A stretch of 54,620 nt of DNA, filler included, from Basidiobolus ranarum (taxonomy: Eukaryota): the NCBI GenBank assembly GCA_040143965.1. It is 2 parts of 2 records of this genome, joined end to end, with 100 filler letters (N's around TTAATTAATTAA, not from the genome) between each part and the next. Parts side by side here need not be neighbours in the genome. Positions count along the whole stretch, not along the records: positions 1 to 27,315 come from JASJQH010006999.1; 1 more part is not named here. One strand, given 5' to 3'. This document shows positions 13,178-25,014 of this stretch, piece after piece. The notes beneath the pieces are model-generated. The model had not been told where the DNA came from. It saw nothing but the letters and a program-made list of their open reading frames with translations, and did not search any database. A program made the position numbers and the translations under genes. The first letter of the stretch is position 1, and every line of letters begins with the position of its first letter.

Positions 13178-13401
13178 AACATGCAAATAAATACATCATT
13201 CACATACCATTCACGTACCTATACTCATGTCTAAATGGCCTCTCTCTCATACATATCTTGGTAATAGCCTAAACAAGTATGGCACTATTGTATGTCACTA
13301 TTGTTATATATATTATGTCTCACTCTAGGTTACCTGGTCCTTCTCAACCCTCGGATTTAGCTAATTTTGTAGATTTTTACTTGACCCGTCACACAACCAA
13401 C

Positions 13402-13418
13402 TTAGGGTTAGGGTTAGG
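13402..13418. repeat. Short (TTAGGG)n tract
   Basis: ttagggttagggttagg, with an inverted ccctaac about 10 bp downstream. Confidence 0.7.
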
Positions 13419-13759
13419 AAGCACAGCCCTAACTTTATATATTATTGCCCAATAACTCACTAGGCACGTGGACCAGACTACGGAAGACAACATCTGATAG
13501 TACATGCAGCGTCTCTCAGCGTCTCTGGTTAAGGTTTGGATTAGATTGGCAGAAAACATGTCAGACACTTGCCCAGTATGGTAATAGCAACCTGTTTCAT
13601 AACCTGGTGTATTTGAACGTACATGAATGAGTCAAGTGGCGCACCTTGGATTTCAGAGAGCATTACTATAAATATGCCACTTGATCAGAAGACCAGCCGA
13701 TAAAGCAACTCCACCCTCCACATCACTTTCCCAACAAACCTTGTCGTAGTAAGCACAGT

Positions 13760-14573
13760 ATGCGCGTTCTAGTTGTCGGTGGAACCGGAAATGTTGGAAA
13801 ACTTGTCTTACAGCAACTGCTTGAACGAGGCCTTGAGGTAAGGGCCATTGTGCGCTCACCGCAATCACTGCCTACCACTATTAGCACCAATCCAAAACTG
13901 TCAGTAATTACGGCCAGCTTGCTGGATCTTAATGAAGACGAACTGGTGGGCCATGTCAAAGGGTGTGACGCGGTTATATCGACCCTGGGACATAATTTGA
14001 ACTACGGTCGCATTCCCATTCTTGGTTAGTACCTGGGTTGATGCGACTTTAGCTCTAAATCCTATTGTCTAATTTATTATGATGACTATTTTTACAGGTA
14101 TCTGGGCGGCACCACAAGATCTGGTTCTAAGTGCTTCCAAGAAGTTGTGTAGTGCCATTCAAAAGATCCAGCCAGCTGCTCCAATTAAATATATTCTTTT
14201 AAATACGACTGGCGTCAGCAATCCAGCAGGGACAGATACCCACGTCCGAAGTGGTTTAGAGTCAGTACTCGTTTCCACAATGCAGACATTACTTCCGCCA
14301 TATTCAGACAGTGTCCTTTCAGCCCAATACGTTAGTAAGGAGATTGGGACTGAAAATCAATACATTGAATGGACTACTGTACGTCCCGATGGCTTTATTG
14401 ATGGAGAAATTAGTGAATACACTCTCAAACCATCCCCCGAACATGCATTCTACCAGCCTGACCATACCACAAAGGCGAATATCGCCCATTTTATGTGTGA
14501 GTTGGTAGTAAATTCAGACACCTGGAATGAGTGGAAATTCAAAATGCCCATTATAATTGATGCTAAACAGTAA
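13760..14573 (+). CDS. NAD(P)-binding Rossmann oxidoreductase (flavin reductase/NmrA-like atypical SDR); 2 exons (intron 14025-14097)
   Basis: MRVLVVGGTGNVG, VRAIVRSP, GCDAVISTLGH, WTTVRP and ANIAHFM. The splice keeps the frame. Confidence 0.9.
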
Positions 14574-14978
14574 ATATAAGCGTAAAAACCAGCGTAAATA
14601 TAAACTATCTATAAATGAATATAAATAACTTGAATGTTTCAAGACCTAGTGATTTGTAATAGTTATAATTCCTTTGTATTTCATATTATTTTAGATATTG
14701 GGCTTCAGTGTGAATGATTTAGCTTGAAAGCTTAACTGTTGGATAAATTTGTGGTGTAACTGTTGTAAGTATTTAAGATAATTACGCAAGTATATATCCA
14801 CATGTTAAACATGATGAAATATGTTAGGATATTGGAGATATTGGAGAAATGGTGTGGGGAGTTGTGCACGAGTTGAAAGAAACTGCTATTTCTCAATAAT
14901 TCCGAAATATGTCCAAAATATATGATATGCTTTAATTTAAGTAATATTCAGTAATTATAAATCAATGTATAGGCACTT

Positions 14979-15323
14979 TGTTAAAGTATTTTGGGAGCCT
15001 GTAGGAAGTGGTTTGGAGAAATAGAGAAATTGGTGGTTTTCACCTATTGATTTAATGAATAGAAAGTAGACACCGATAGTTTTGTCAAAATATAAACAAA
15101 ATAATGTTTATAATGTGTTAAGGAAGGTCCAGGAACATGTATGCAGAGTTTGGGGTCTCTAGCACAAATTTGAAAAAATCTATATATCTGAGAACTTCCA
15201 AATAAATTCCGATTGAGAATATCTTAGTGAAATATAGGATAACTAAATTCTAAGCTATACAAGATAACTAAATATTAAGCTATATATGACTATATAGGTG
15301 TTAAGACAATGCTAATATCAACA
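14979..15323 (-). mobile_element. Solo-LTR-like element, copy 3 (with an internal ~25-bp duplication)
   Basis: tgttaaagtattttggg...gctaatatcaaca is the reverse complement of the 4191-4511 family. Confidence 0.85.
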
Positions 15324-15543
15324 GGTTCTCAGATATGTAGATTTTTTCAAACTTGCTCTAGAAGCCCCAAACTTTGCACATGTGTTCATGAGACCTTCTT
15401 AATATATTGTTCACATTTTTGTTTGTTCACCTCTTGACAACACTACAAGTGTCAACTGAATACGCAATAAATTAATAAGTGAGAATCATTATCTCTTCTA
15501 GTTCTCCAAACCACTTCCAACAAACTCCCAAAATACTGCAACA
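15324..15543 (+). mobile_element. Solo-LTR-like element, copy 4 (5'-truncated), head-to-head with copy 3
   Basis: Contains gccccaaactttgcac and ttctccaaaccacttcc and ends cccaaaatactgcaaca. Confidence 0.8.
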
Positions 15544-15825
15544 TAAGCCCCATTACATGAATTTACCCACTTTATTCTATTATGTAGCTTGCTCCAGTAG
15601 AACCAGTTGCTGTTTATTATTGAAGCCAGATTCAACAATAATCAAAATCCTTTGCTGTCTCCACATCATTTCTGTAAAAGTATAGAGCTAAGCTTCAGAT
15701 ATCTCATAGCTATGAATACTGCAACATAAAAGTACTCAAACTATGTTGACTATTGCTATTATGTAATTGTATTCTACTTGTGATATTCGAATTAAGGTTT
15801 TGGAAGTAAAATTTTTGTTCGATAT

Positions 15826-15960
15826 TGACGCATTAATAAGCTGTTGTTATCTAGGTGTTTGACGCATTAATAAGCTGATGTTATCCAAGTGTTTGACACA
15901 TTAATAGGCCGATGTTATCCAGGTGTCTGATGCATTAATAAGTTGATGTTATCTATGTGT
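15826..15960. repeat. Minisatellite, 4 x 34 bp
   Basis: Consensus tgacgcattaataagctgatgttatccaggtgtt; contiguous copies with a few substitutions. Confidence 0.9.
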
Positions 15961-16032
15961 GGATGGCACTACGAATACTAACTTCATCTGAAAAACTGAA
16001 AATTTGTAACTTCCAGATAAACTAAGGGCAAC

Positions 16033-16100
16033 CTTAATTGAGTAAATCAGAGTAAAGTTAAATGAACTTAATTGAGTAAATCAGAGTAAAGTTGAATGAA
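16033..16100. repeat. Tandem duplication, 2 x 34 bp
   Basis: cttaattgagtaaatcagagtaaagtt(a/g)aatgaa occurs twice. Confidence 0.85.
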
Positions 16101-18382
16101 GCTAGACATAGCATCATATACACCATAGTATAAAGTACTAGGTTATTATGTCAATGGTTTCTGTTAGAAGTAATAAGATATACCATATAAACAAAACTCG
16201 TATGGGTGATTCGGCCACAGCTCCTGGGTCTGATAAACCATTGTCGAGAGTTAGTAATCTGGTGAAGGTTATCTCTATATTCCACCTGGGAGTATATTTA
16301 CCCCTTGGTTCCCACATAAGGATTGGTTCCAGCTTAGGGAGTGGATTAACTTTCAATTTCCTCTCATTGGCAATTCAGAATACATCCTTTCTCTGGATCC
16401 TGAATGACAAATCTCCAACATAATATATTTAAAGCAACAGCAATTATGGGTCATAAAGGTAGTCCACAGCTATAAATAAGTCAGAGTGTATTAGGAATAG
16501 GGAATATCAGTAACATGTTAGTAGTGAATAGGCATTGGATATTACATAAATGTACAGAATAAATATAGAAACTACAATATATATAGTATTGTATCTCGGG
16601 TCTTGTAGATTATTTGAGTTGATATCAGGTGAGCTGTTACAAAAGGAAATCTTATTCCTTAACCCTAATATTGACAATCTCGCTCGCTATATCTTGCTAA
16701 CCCTTGGTAAGTGATACAAGTTTAGTGAGATTACAAGCATATCCAAATATATAGATAGCCAAGGTGTATTCCTGAGTGATGGCACACAAGTGATGACACA
16801 CAGGCTGTATCTGAGCTTATTACAACTTCCTTTGCTTAAGGTTATCTCCACAATAAAATAAAAAAATAACATCTCCCAAGAAGGATTCATATATAGTGTG
16901 TAAATAGATATATACATTCTTGATATATAGGTTCCTTAACCCCTCTTGTTCTAGATATATACGTTCATCAACTCTAACATAACCACTCCCTCATTAACAC
17001 ACCTCAATTAGACTCGCACTTGCACTTGCATGACAACAATGTCTAAGACAGGAATTTATGGCATAATTGCAGGCATAATGAGACATTCCAAATGAGGCGG
17101 ATCGTGTTACTGAAAATCCAAGTTGATTGGTTTCACCAACCATAACCCTTGGTAACAGCATTTCCAAAACAGATATCCCTAACGGATATTCCGAACGGTA
17201 GCAACTTTATCCAACCTATATTCTCAGCCAATCCAGCTGCACCAGCCTTGCGTTCCAACCTAGTGTCAACACAAACACATCATACCTTCAAATTGACAAC
17301 AAATCAGGAAATCTCCATGTTTGATCTCGGATTTTCCAATGCCCGAGAGTTGGTGTCACTTTTTTGACACCTTTCACTTACTTGACAGCTAAGAGATGGC
17401 CAACCTGGGCTCACCCCCTTCTCTTCAAAGCTGGCTTCTTCCCATATTAACATGTATCTATGGTTCTTCTCATATTAACATGTATCTATATTTTGAATGG
17501 ATGGACGGGTGAGGGTGGGAGTGAGGGCAAGTGGGAGGGGAGGGTAATATCTAGGAGTATTTCTTACCTCCCTACTTTCCATGGTCGAACCACCTATTAC
17601 GTCATAAAAGAAAAAAGAAAATTCCAAGCCACGTTAGAAGTTTCTTTGGAAAGTAATGATTCATATATGGTGTATCCAATGTATCCAATGCACGTAAGCC
17701 TCTTTTGGGAGAGTGTGACCCAGCTCGAAGTAGATCTAAATCGTAGTGGGTTGTTTGATTTGTAACCATGTCTCTATCCATATCCACTCACCTATCAGCT
17801 CTTCCACGCTCGCCTATCATCAGCCTGGAAATATCCTTGAGATTATTCCCGAGAACTTGGTGTTTGAGCGTTTTATTTATGGGAATAGCCCTCTCTCGCT
17901 TCTTTAGATTAACCATCATTGGACTAGATAGTCGAGCTTTTAAAATTTCCTACTTATTTCCAGAAAGGGAGGATAAACAAAGTTGGCCAGTCTATTAAAA
18001 CGATATTTGCAGTCAGACTTTTTTGGCCGCTACAACCAATCATTTCGGATAGCTTGATTTGTAGTTACTGCTATTATCTTGTTTGTTAATCTGGCCAAAC
18101 TGCTGGCCCTTGGTATATATTCTCATTCATTAGATATGGGAATTGGTTTTCATACCCAACTATCCTTTCATTCCAAAGAACAATTAGAGTTACCCAGCTT
18201 GCTATTTTAGCTGTAACCGTAGTCCTAGTAGTGCTTCTATTACTCTTGTTTCTCATTTCATTAGATTCCATATTCGCTACCAGCAACGTTATCTTTCTGA
18301 TACCACTTGAGCTCTTTTTTCGTAGTTTATGTCATACCTGCAATACAACCAACCTCATTTTAACGACACGAACTAATTCAAA

Positions 18383-19736
18383 ATGAACCAGCATATTCCT
18401 GCACAGAACTTACAAATTCCCCAACAGATTGAGGTGGACAATGGCACACCACAAACTCCCACGTCACCTACTTCTAGTGAAAGCCCCTCTAACAAATCCT
18501 CTCCTTCTCCAAACGTAAAAATCATGAACAACAACTTTGTGCACAAATTGCATGGGTAAATATGAACTTGATTCGAGAATTTTTGCCTAGTCTCTTCTAA
18601 CATGAAACCTTTTTTTTCAAGGATGGTCATTGACAAACAATACCAACATCTTATCTCATGGAATTATTCTGGCACCTCATTTATTGTATGTAACATTATG
18701 GAATTCTCCAAAGAGGTATTACCAAAACATTTCAAGCATAACAATTTCTCAAGTTTTGTTAGACAACTCAACATGTAAGTGGTAGTTTATTTGAAAGCTG
18801 AGTATGAAGTAGTTGAACTTATTTTATTTCTCTTGAAGGTATGGTTTTCATAAAGTGAACAAATCCCCCAGAGGACACCGAACCCTAGCCGAGAATCAAA
18901 TTTGGGAGTTTTCGCACCCAAAGTTTTTACGTGGTCGCCCTGACTTATTGGATGACATCAAAAGAAAAGCAATGGAGTCAGAAACTCTGAGAAGAGAGAC
19001 TGGTGACTTACATGCCCATATTACCATGATGCAAGTAACTCAATCAGATATGATGCAAAGAATCGCTCACCTCCAAGCAAACTTATCTGAGGTGGTTCGA
19101 GAGCTTACTGAGACAAGAAAACGCCAGTCGATGCAACAACAAATGATAAAGAGTATGATGGATCATCTTCACCAGCAAAATCCATCCGTTCCTGGTGAGT
19201 CAATTAGTGACAAAACCTTCCATGTATGTATTGAGTTCTAATGATCGATTTATTCATCTATAACAGTGTACCCTACCGGTATGAATAGTCCAAACATCAA
19301 AAGCGAGGGAGATAGGCCACCGATTTATATCACCAGCCCCGAAGGATCCAACAATATGGTGCACAATATGCAACTTAATATACCAGCTAACGGACAAGTT
19401 CAAAGCCATGGGAATAGTCTTCAACCGACTCCCACCATGCCTAACCCCCAGACGTTTCAGCAAAACACGTTCAATCGTAGCGGGTTGCAAATTCAAATTG
19501 GCGCCAACTATTTAAATCAACCCAATGCAAATACCATGGTACCAACCCAGATGTCTCCTGAAAACTTCCACTCTTTTAACCAAACCATGAATCCCTCTTT
19601 ACCCCCATCGCCCCACTCACCTCTAGGTATTGTCTCTGACGATGACCTCAATAGCCCCATCTATGGCTCTAACCCACACAACCACTTCCGTAATCCTGAT
19701 TATGGAAGTGAAGGTCAGACACTATTCAACATGTAA
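18383..19736 (+). CDS. HSF-type DNA-binding transcription factor; 4 exons
   Basis: Spliced [72 protein letters not shown], then a coiled coil and an N/Q/P-rich tail. Confidence 0.93.
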
Positions 19737-20411
19737 ATTGAGATAGAGCCTAGTCTTGGATATTTCGACTAGTTTTCCTTAACATTCCACTTGATATCTT
19801 TGTCCCCATTACTGCGCTTATCACATCAACCATAGGATTATTTACCGGGAGAGGGAGGAGGATCGAGTCTACTTTAACGTTGTTATGGTTGAAGTTGAGG
19901 TTATTATAGCGATAGATTAATATAGTCCATTTGCATTTGCACTTGTACCTGTACCTGTACCAGTAGCCATTCATGTATTTTTTCCGTTTCAGTTTTGGTT
20001 TTGTCAGCTTTCTATTGTCCTTTTATTTTATCCGATCATTCTTTATTTTCCTTGAACAATATTTTGTTGTATATCTTGACTGTCGGTTATGACTATTTAC
20101 CCTATTGTAAAATAGTTCATTAAACTGATTTTATATTCACTTTAATAACATAAAATATTCTCTATCTTTATTTCTCAAATTCGACTTTGATTTATTCCTT
20201 AGTATACTACTAGACAAGTCGTTCCATAATGTTAAGCAGTAAGTGACTTAGTGAAATACGAGTTAACTTGGAGATGAAATTGTTTTACATAACAAGGATT
20301 CATCATTTGGATAGAAAATTTCAATTCATGGTTATTGGATATCAAAATAAATAAATAACTACTACAAAATCTGAGAATAATTGGATGGTATGATGTTAGA
20401 GAGGGCTGTGT

Positions 20412-21845
20412 TCAAGCCAAAATGAAGTATGAATATATGGCAATGAAGAAAATCGTGCTTAAAGGTACACTGTAGCTTGATGTGTTGGAGCTTTGAGTAG
20501 AAAAGTTAACCAGACCTCTTTTTTCAAATGAAACTGTGTTAGAAGTGTTATCTCCAGTATCCTGGGAGTCGTCAGTCGAGGCACTAGCGTCATCTGAGCT
20601 AGAATCATCTCCAGCATCGTCCGAGTCATCGGTTAGGGCACTAGCGTCATCGGAGCCGGAATCGTCTCCGGTATCATCTGAGTCGTCAGTGGAGGCACTA
20701 GCGTCATCTGAGCTAGAATCGTCTTCAGTATCATCCGAGTCATCAGTTGAAGCACTAGCGTCATCAGAGTTGGAATCGTCTTCAGTATCATCTGAGTCAT
20801 CAGTGGAGGCACTAGCGTCATCTGAGCTAGAATCGTCTTCAGTTGAAGCGCTAGCATCATCAGAGTTGGAATCATCTCCGACATCATCTGAATCGTCAGT
20901 TGAACCTGAGTCAGAAAGGACAGTTGTACTGCTACCACTAGAAGAATCAGAGTTAGTGGTATTCATGCTCAAATTTTGATATGGCGGCAAGTTGGCGCAT
21001 TCGTAAGCAAGAACGAAATGGAAATTATACTGAGATAGAAGTTGTGCTATATTGGGTGTCTGCTCGACAGTGTCTATATAAATATCATGTTGTAACGAGA
21101 CAAATCCAGGATCGTTATGAGCGTTAAGATCAGTACCATTAAGTATAGCTGTCTTAAAAGAATCTAGGATAAGGCTTGGATCTTCATTCTTCTCTGAAAT
21201 ATCCCAATCCAGAGTATCCATGTTCCATAGCAAAGTATGATATCCCATCGCTTTGAAGATTGCTTTAACACGATCGTCTGCTTCACCATAGGGAGGACGG
21301 ATATATGCAGGTTTCGCACCAGTTATGTTAAACAGAGTGTCCTCAGTAGCTTTTACCTCGGCGACAATCTGAGCGTTTGAGAGAGACATCAAATGTGGAT
21401 GCGACCAGGTATGGGAGGCAATCTGATGACCCTCGTCATATGCTCTTTTAACTACATCTGGGAATTGAATCACATTCGAACCGATCATTTGAAATGTGGC
21501 TTTAACATTTGCTGCCGCAAGAATGTCGAGTAATTGTGAAGTATACTGAGATGGACCATCATCAAATGTTAGAGCCCACTGTCCAGCTTGACAACCATAG
21601 ATATCATCTGGTAAAGCACAGTTTCCACAAGTCTCCCAGCAGTTCTCGCAGTCCCCGGGACCGCATTGAGAGGTTGGGCAGGTACCTGATCCTACTGGTC
21701 TGGGCGCGATATCAGGAACACTCGAGAGATCATATTCACTAACCCAGGCAGGATTAATTGTGGCCAAAGTAGTAGACTCTGCTTCTTGGGCGTGGGCTAC
21801 TTTGATTAGAGCCAGAAGAGCTAGTGAAGTAAGTTGCAAATGCAT
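20412..21845 (-). CDS. Secreted, probably GPI-anchored chitin deacetylase (CE4/NodB) with an acidic Asp/Ser repeat stalk
   Basis: Signal peptide, Cys-rich N-terminus, TFDDGP, HTWSHPHL, RPPYG, DTLDW and LQHD motifs, hydrophobic C-terminus. Confidence 0.93.
   Translation of the reverse strand: MHLQLTSLALLALIKVAHAQEAESTTLATINPAWVSEYDLSSVPDIAPRPVGSGTCPTSQCGPGDCENCWETCGNCALPDDIYGCQAGQWALTFDDGPSQYTSQLLDILAAANVKATFQMIGSNVIQFPDVVKRAYDEGHQIASHTWSHPHLMSLSNAQIVAEVKATEDTLFNITGAKPAYIRPPYGEADDRVKAIFKAMGYHTLLWNMDTLDWDISEKNEDPSLILDSFKTAILNGTDLNAHNDPGFVSLQHDIYIDTVEQTPNIAQLLSQYNFHFVLAYECANLPPYQNLSMNTTNSDSSSGSSTTVLSDSGSTDDSDDVGDDSNSDDASASTEDDSSSDDASASTDDSDDTEDDSNSDDASASTDDSDDTEDDSSSDDASASTDDSDDTGDDSGSDDASALTDDSDDAGDDSSSDDASASTDDSQDTGDNTSNTVSFEKRGLVNFSTQSSNTSSYSVPLSTIFFIAIYSYFILA
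20550..20900 (-). repeat. Coding tandem repeat, about 6 x 57 bp (DDSDDTEDDSSSDDASAST)
   Basis: Visible in both the DNA (gcactagcgtcatc...) and the protein. One unit is shortened. Confidence 0.9.
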
Positions 21846-23552
21846 GGCTGACTTTGAGAGAACAAGTATTAAATGCTGCTGGATTCCTGTGGAAGTATTG
21901 CTACTTCAAGCGGCTTTTATACTATTTTATCGCGTCCATGTAGCTGTTCATAAATTTCAGAATAATCAAGACTATTAATGTTCACCATTAAGCCCAAATG
22001 ATTTCTAGCTTGAGAGCTTAGCGTCAAGGCATTGTTGATTGAAACCATGATTCAGTTATTTTTGGAATGATTTAGTTAATCTTAGAGATTGGACATTCTT
22101 ACCTATATATTTTAGCCAATAACTAATCTGGTCGCACTAGATTTATGTTGTGCAGATGTTACCAAGTTTACCACTTCCCTCTCAGACAAAAATAGATGGA
22201 AGGAGAGAGTTGAATTTACTTGTTGAATTTACCATCGATTTGATCATATCAGTGTAACCAATATCAACCTGGCATTCATATGAGATACTTCCCTTTTATG
22301 GTAAAATGTTAATTTAATAAGGACAAGTATTTAGCCACTAATTATCTTTCAGGAACAAAATTCCAATTTTCTAGACCAAGTCCTCAGACCTAACCCTCAG
22401 CACGCTTTTGGCGGAAGTACAGCGGCTGAAAAAGAGCACATGACGAGAGAGAGCACATAACGAGGAAGACACTGGACAACGGCATTAAGCCAGCCTCGAG
22501 TGATGATATAATGATTGATATAAACGAAACGTCACTCCATAAAAAAATCGGAACAATGGTTTTTCCAATATGTAAAGTAATTAATTAGATTTGAATCGCT
22601 TCAAGTGAAAGGAGTTCAGAAAATTGATAATGAACGCTGAGACAGATTCCAGAATAATAAATATTCATGTAGGATTGGTGATATAGCCATTAGCTTGAGT
22701 TCATATCGGGAATGACATATAAACACTCTGGAGAGTTGGATTTGCCTTTAGTGTATTATTGCACAATACATGTAACCAACCCAGCAGATATTGATAAAGT
22801 ATTTGGCTCTAGGGGATTGAGGAGGTTAGGGTTAAGTTAGTATTAGGGTTAGGGTTAGTATATAATATCGAATAATCTAAACTTCTCCGAAAGGTTTAGT
22901 TGCTTTAATCTCTGCTCCATATTGAGTGAGAAATGTGCTTTAATTATTTTATGAAAGGTTTTGAATAATATTCCATTTGTTGTAAACAAGCTTAGTTAGT
23001 CTACGTTGGAGGTTTCCACCTATAAGACTTTTACCGCTTAAATTTACGCGAAATGTTGGCTATATGGGTTAGGTATATATATTCTATTCAGATACTAAAA
23101 TTAGCTCCATCGGTTACGTGTTTAACTACGTGTCATAATACTCAATTCAATCTTATATGCTAGACTGAAGGTTGTTTCTAGAAAGATCGATAATATCATA
23201 AAATTGAGCCTCCATTTGGATTGAAATTCACGAAGAATAAAATTAACGAACTTTTTTGGCAATCCTTGAGCGTTGATTTTGGACACCAAATGAAAAAAAC
23301 ACTAATCAATCAATATCATGGTGATCTTCGTTTTCTGAGCATTAATTAGATCAGGGTAGTTCATGATTAGACATGGGTTAAGAAGAAAAAAATTCTATGG
23401 GATTCTAACGTTTACTTCTGGTTTAGAGAAATTTTATCAACTCTGTTATGAATAAAAGCAAAGCATTGAGCTGCTAAATCGTTACATTCTTGTCTTGTCC
23501 ACAAGTTTCCAACTTAAAGGTGAGTTTCATATTTTCTTTTACCTTTGGATGT

Positions 23553-23674
23553 ATATGCGGTATGAAGAAAACCATTTTTGTCTTCAACCTGTCTTATCGA
23601 TCATGAAGATACATTACAAATGCCCTTCGCTGAGGGCGTTTCATACTTGCCAGTATATACCACTGACCGCATAT
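23553..23674 (+). ncRNA. Box C/D snoRNA, snR190-like, copy 1
   Basis: C box ATGAAGA, D' TCGA, C' ATGAAGA, internal GCCCT/AGGGC hairpin, CTTGCCAGT motif, D box CTGA, terminal stem atatgcgg/ccgcatat. Intronic and upstream of U14. C/D class is firm; the family name is inferred. Confidence 0.75.
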
Positions 23675-23851
23675 CATCTTCGCAAAAATCTCCCCATTTC
23701 CATTGTCACTTTTATTAACAATTTATTAGCCTTCCTACAGATATGAGCATCCATCCATGAACTTAAGAACTGAGCAATTGTTCAAACCATCGCAGTCGTA
23801 GTATTCCGTTTGAAATGGTGAGTACTTTCCTTCATTTATCTGATTATTCTC

Positions 23852-23965
23852 GCGGTATGACGAAAAATATTTTTGTCTTCAACCTGTCTTATCGATCATG
23901 AAGATACAATACAAATGCCCTTCGCTGAGGGCGTTTCATACTTGCCAGTATACTTTACTGACCGC
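23852..23965 (+). ncRNA. Box C/D snoRNA, snR190-like, copy 2
   Basis: C box ATGACGA to D box CTGA, stem gcgg/ccgc. Core nearly identical to copy 1. Confidence 0.75.
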
Positions 23966-24150
23966 ATTATTACTTCGCAAGAAGCTTACCCTTTTCCATC
24001 CGCACCATTACTAATAATCCATTAGTTCACTTTTAGACAAAATGAACAATCCTGGTTGAAACCCCTTCCATCCGAGCTCCACGTAAACATCAGGTGAGTC
24101 TTGTGAATCCAATGGGTTGTTGGTTTCTGAGTTTGGTGTATTGTGGTGAG

Positions 24151-24279
24151 AGTGCAATCGGAATGACGAAAACCATTTTTGTCTTCAACCTGTCTTATCG
24201 ATCATGAAGATACAACACAAATGCCCTTCGCTGAGGGCGTTTCATACTTGCCAGTATACTTTACTGACCGTATTGCACT
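24151..24279 (+). ncRNA. Box C/D snoRNA, snR190-like, copy 3
   Basis: C box ATGACGA to D box CTGA. A different but still pairing terminal stem, agtgcaat-cgg/ccg-tattgcact. Confidence 0.75.
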
Positions 24280-24582
24280 TGAGCTCAATCACGCTCCGAA
24301 ACAGATGATTTCAGTAGCGAGTGAATGAACCGGTTGCTAACGAATATTCTTTGATATCTAGATATGACTACTGTATATAATATCCACTCTGATTACCTCG
24401 GTGCTATACGTATGCATTAATTTGCCGTATCTCAGAACTTTGTACCTATTCTGCTCTGCTTCCACGAATACAGCGGTTAACTGTAACTATCCGACTATTA
24501 TAAGGTGAGAATCAGGTCAATTTCAACATTGGCATATTGAAAGCAGTACTTGGCAGTGAAGCAAGAGCAGTAGTAGCTTCAT

Positions 24583-24672
24583 TTAATGATGAAAAACCAA
24601 TACCAATTCGCAGTTTTCACCGAAGGATCGAAAGATCCGATGCTGGTATTATCTTCCTTGGATGTCTGAACC
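24583..24672 (+). ncRNA. U14: U14 (snR128/SNORD14) snoRNA, copy 1
   Basis: C box ATGATGA; domain A TTCGCAGTTT (antisense to 18S AAACUGCGAA); Y-domain hairpin GGATCGAAAGATCC; domain B CTTCCTTGGATGT plus CTGA (18S Cm414 guide). Confidence 0.95.
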
Positions 24673-24924
24673 CCAATGAAAGCTACTACTACTACTGTAG
24701 TGTCCTCACTGTTTCTTGTGCTATTCACAGCTGATGCTTCAAGTATTTGTCGAATGACGATGACTAATATTTTGTTGCTACTATAGATATTCATTGTTAC
24801 GATCAAAACGAAAGGACCGTTTGCAATGTCGAAGCTTCCTTCAGTCAGTGAACCGTAGGTAAGGCACATTCCACCATATTTGTTGTAGACCCAGCTGGTC
24901 TAGAATGTAAGGATGTGTGGCATC

Positions 24925-25014
24925 TAAATGATGAAAAACCAATACCAATTCGCAGTTTTCACCGAAGAATCGAAAGGTTCAATGCTGGTATAATCTTCCT
25001 TGGATGTCTGAACT
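24925..25014 (+). ncRNA. U14: U14 snoRNA, copy 2
   Basis: Same boxes and domains as copy 1. The hairpin varies as GAATCGAAAGGTTC and still pairs. Long complementary intronic flanks. Confidence 0.95.

Noticed and set aside
15826-15960. 34-bp repeats as a possible CRISPR array
   Set aside because: The units are contiguous with no spacers; this is a minisatellite.
16138-16423. Overlapping small ORFs with possible splice sites
   Set aside because: No recognisable domain and there are in-frame stops; cannot be supported as a gene.
23640-23655. ATACTTGCC resembles the U1 snRNA 5' end (ATACTTACC)
   Set aside because: It is internal to a C/D RNA, with no U1 stem-loops or Sm site.
23553-24279. Three ~110-bp near-identical repeats with unique spacers, superficially like a CRISPR array
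   Set aside because: The repeats are too long, the context is eukaryotic, and there are no cas genes. C/D boxes, terminal stems and the intronic position explain them as snoRNAs.
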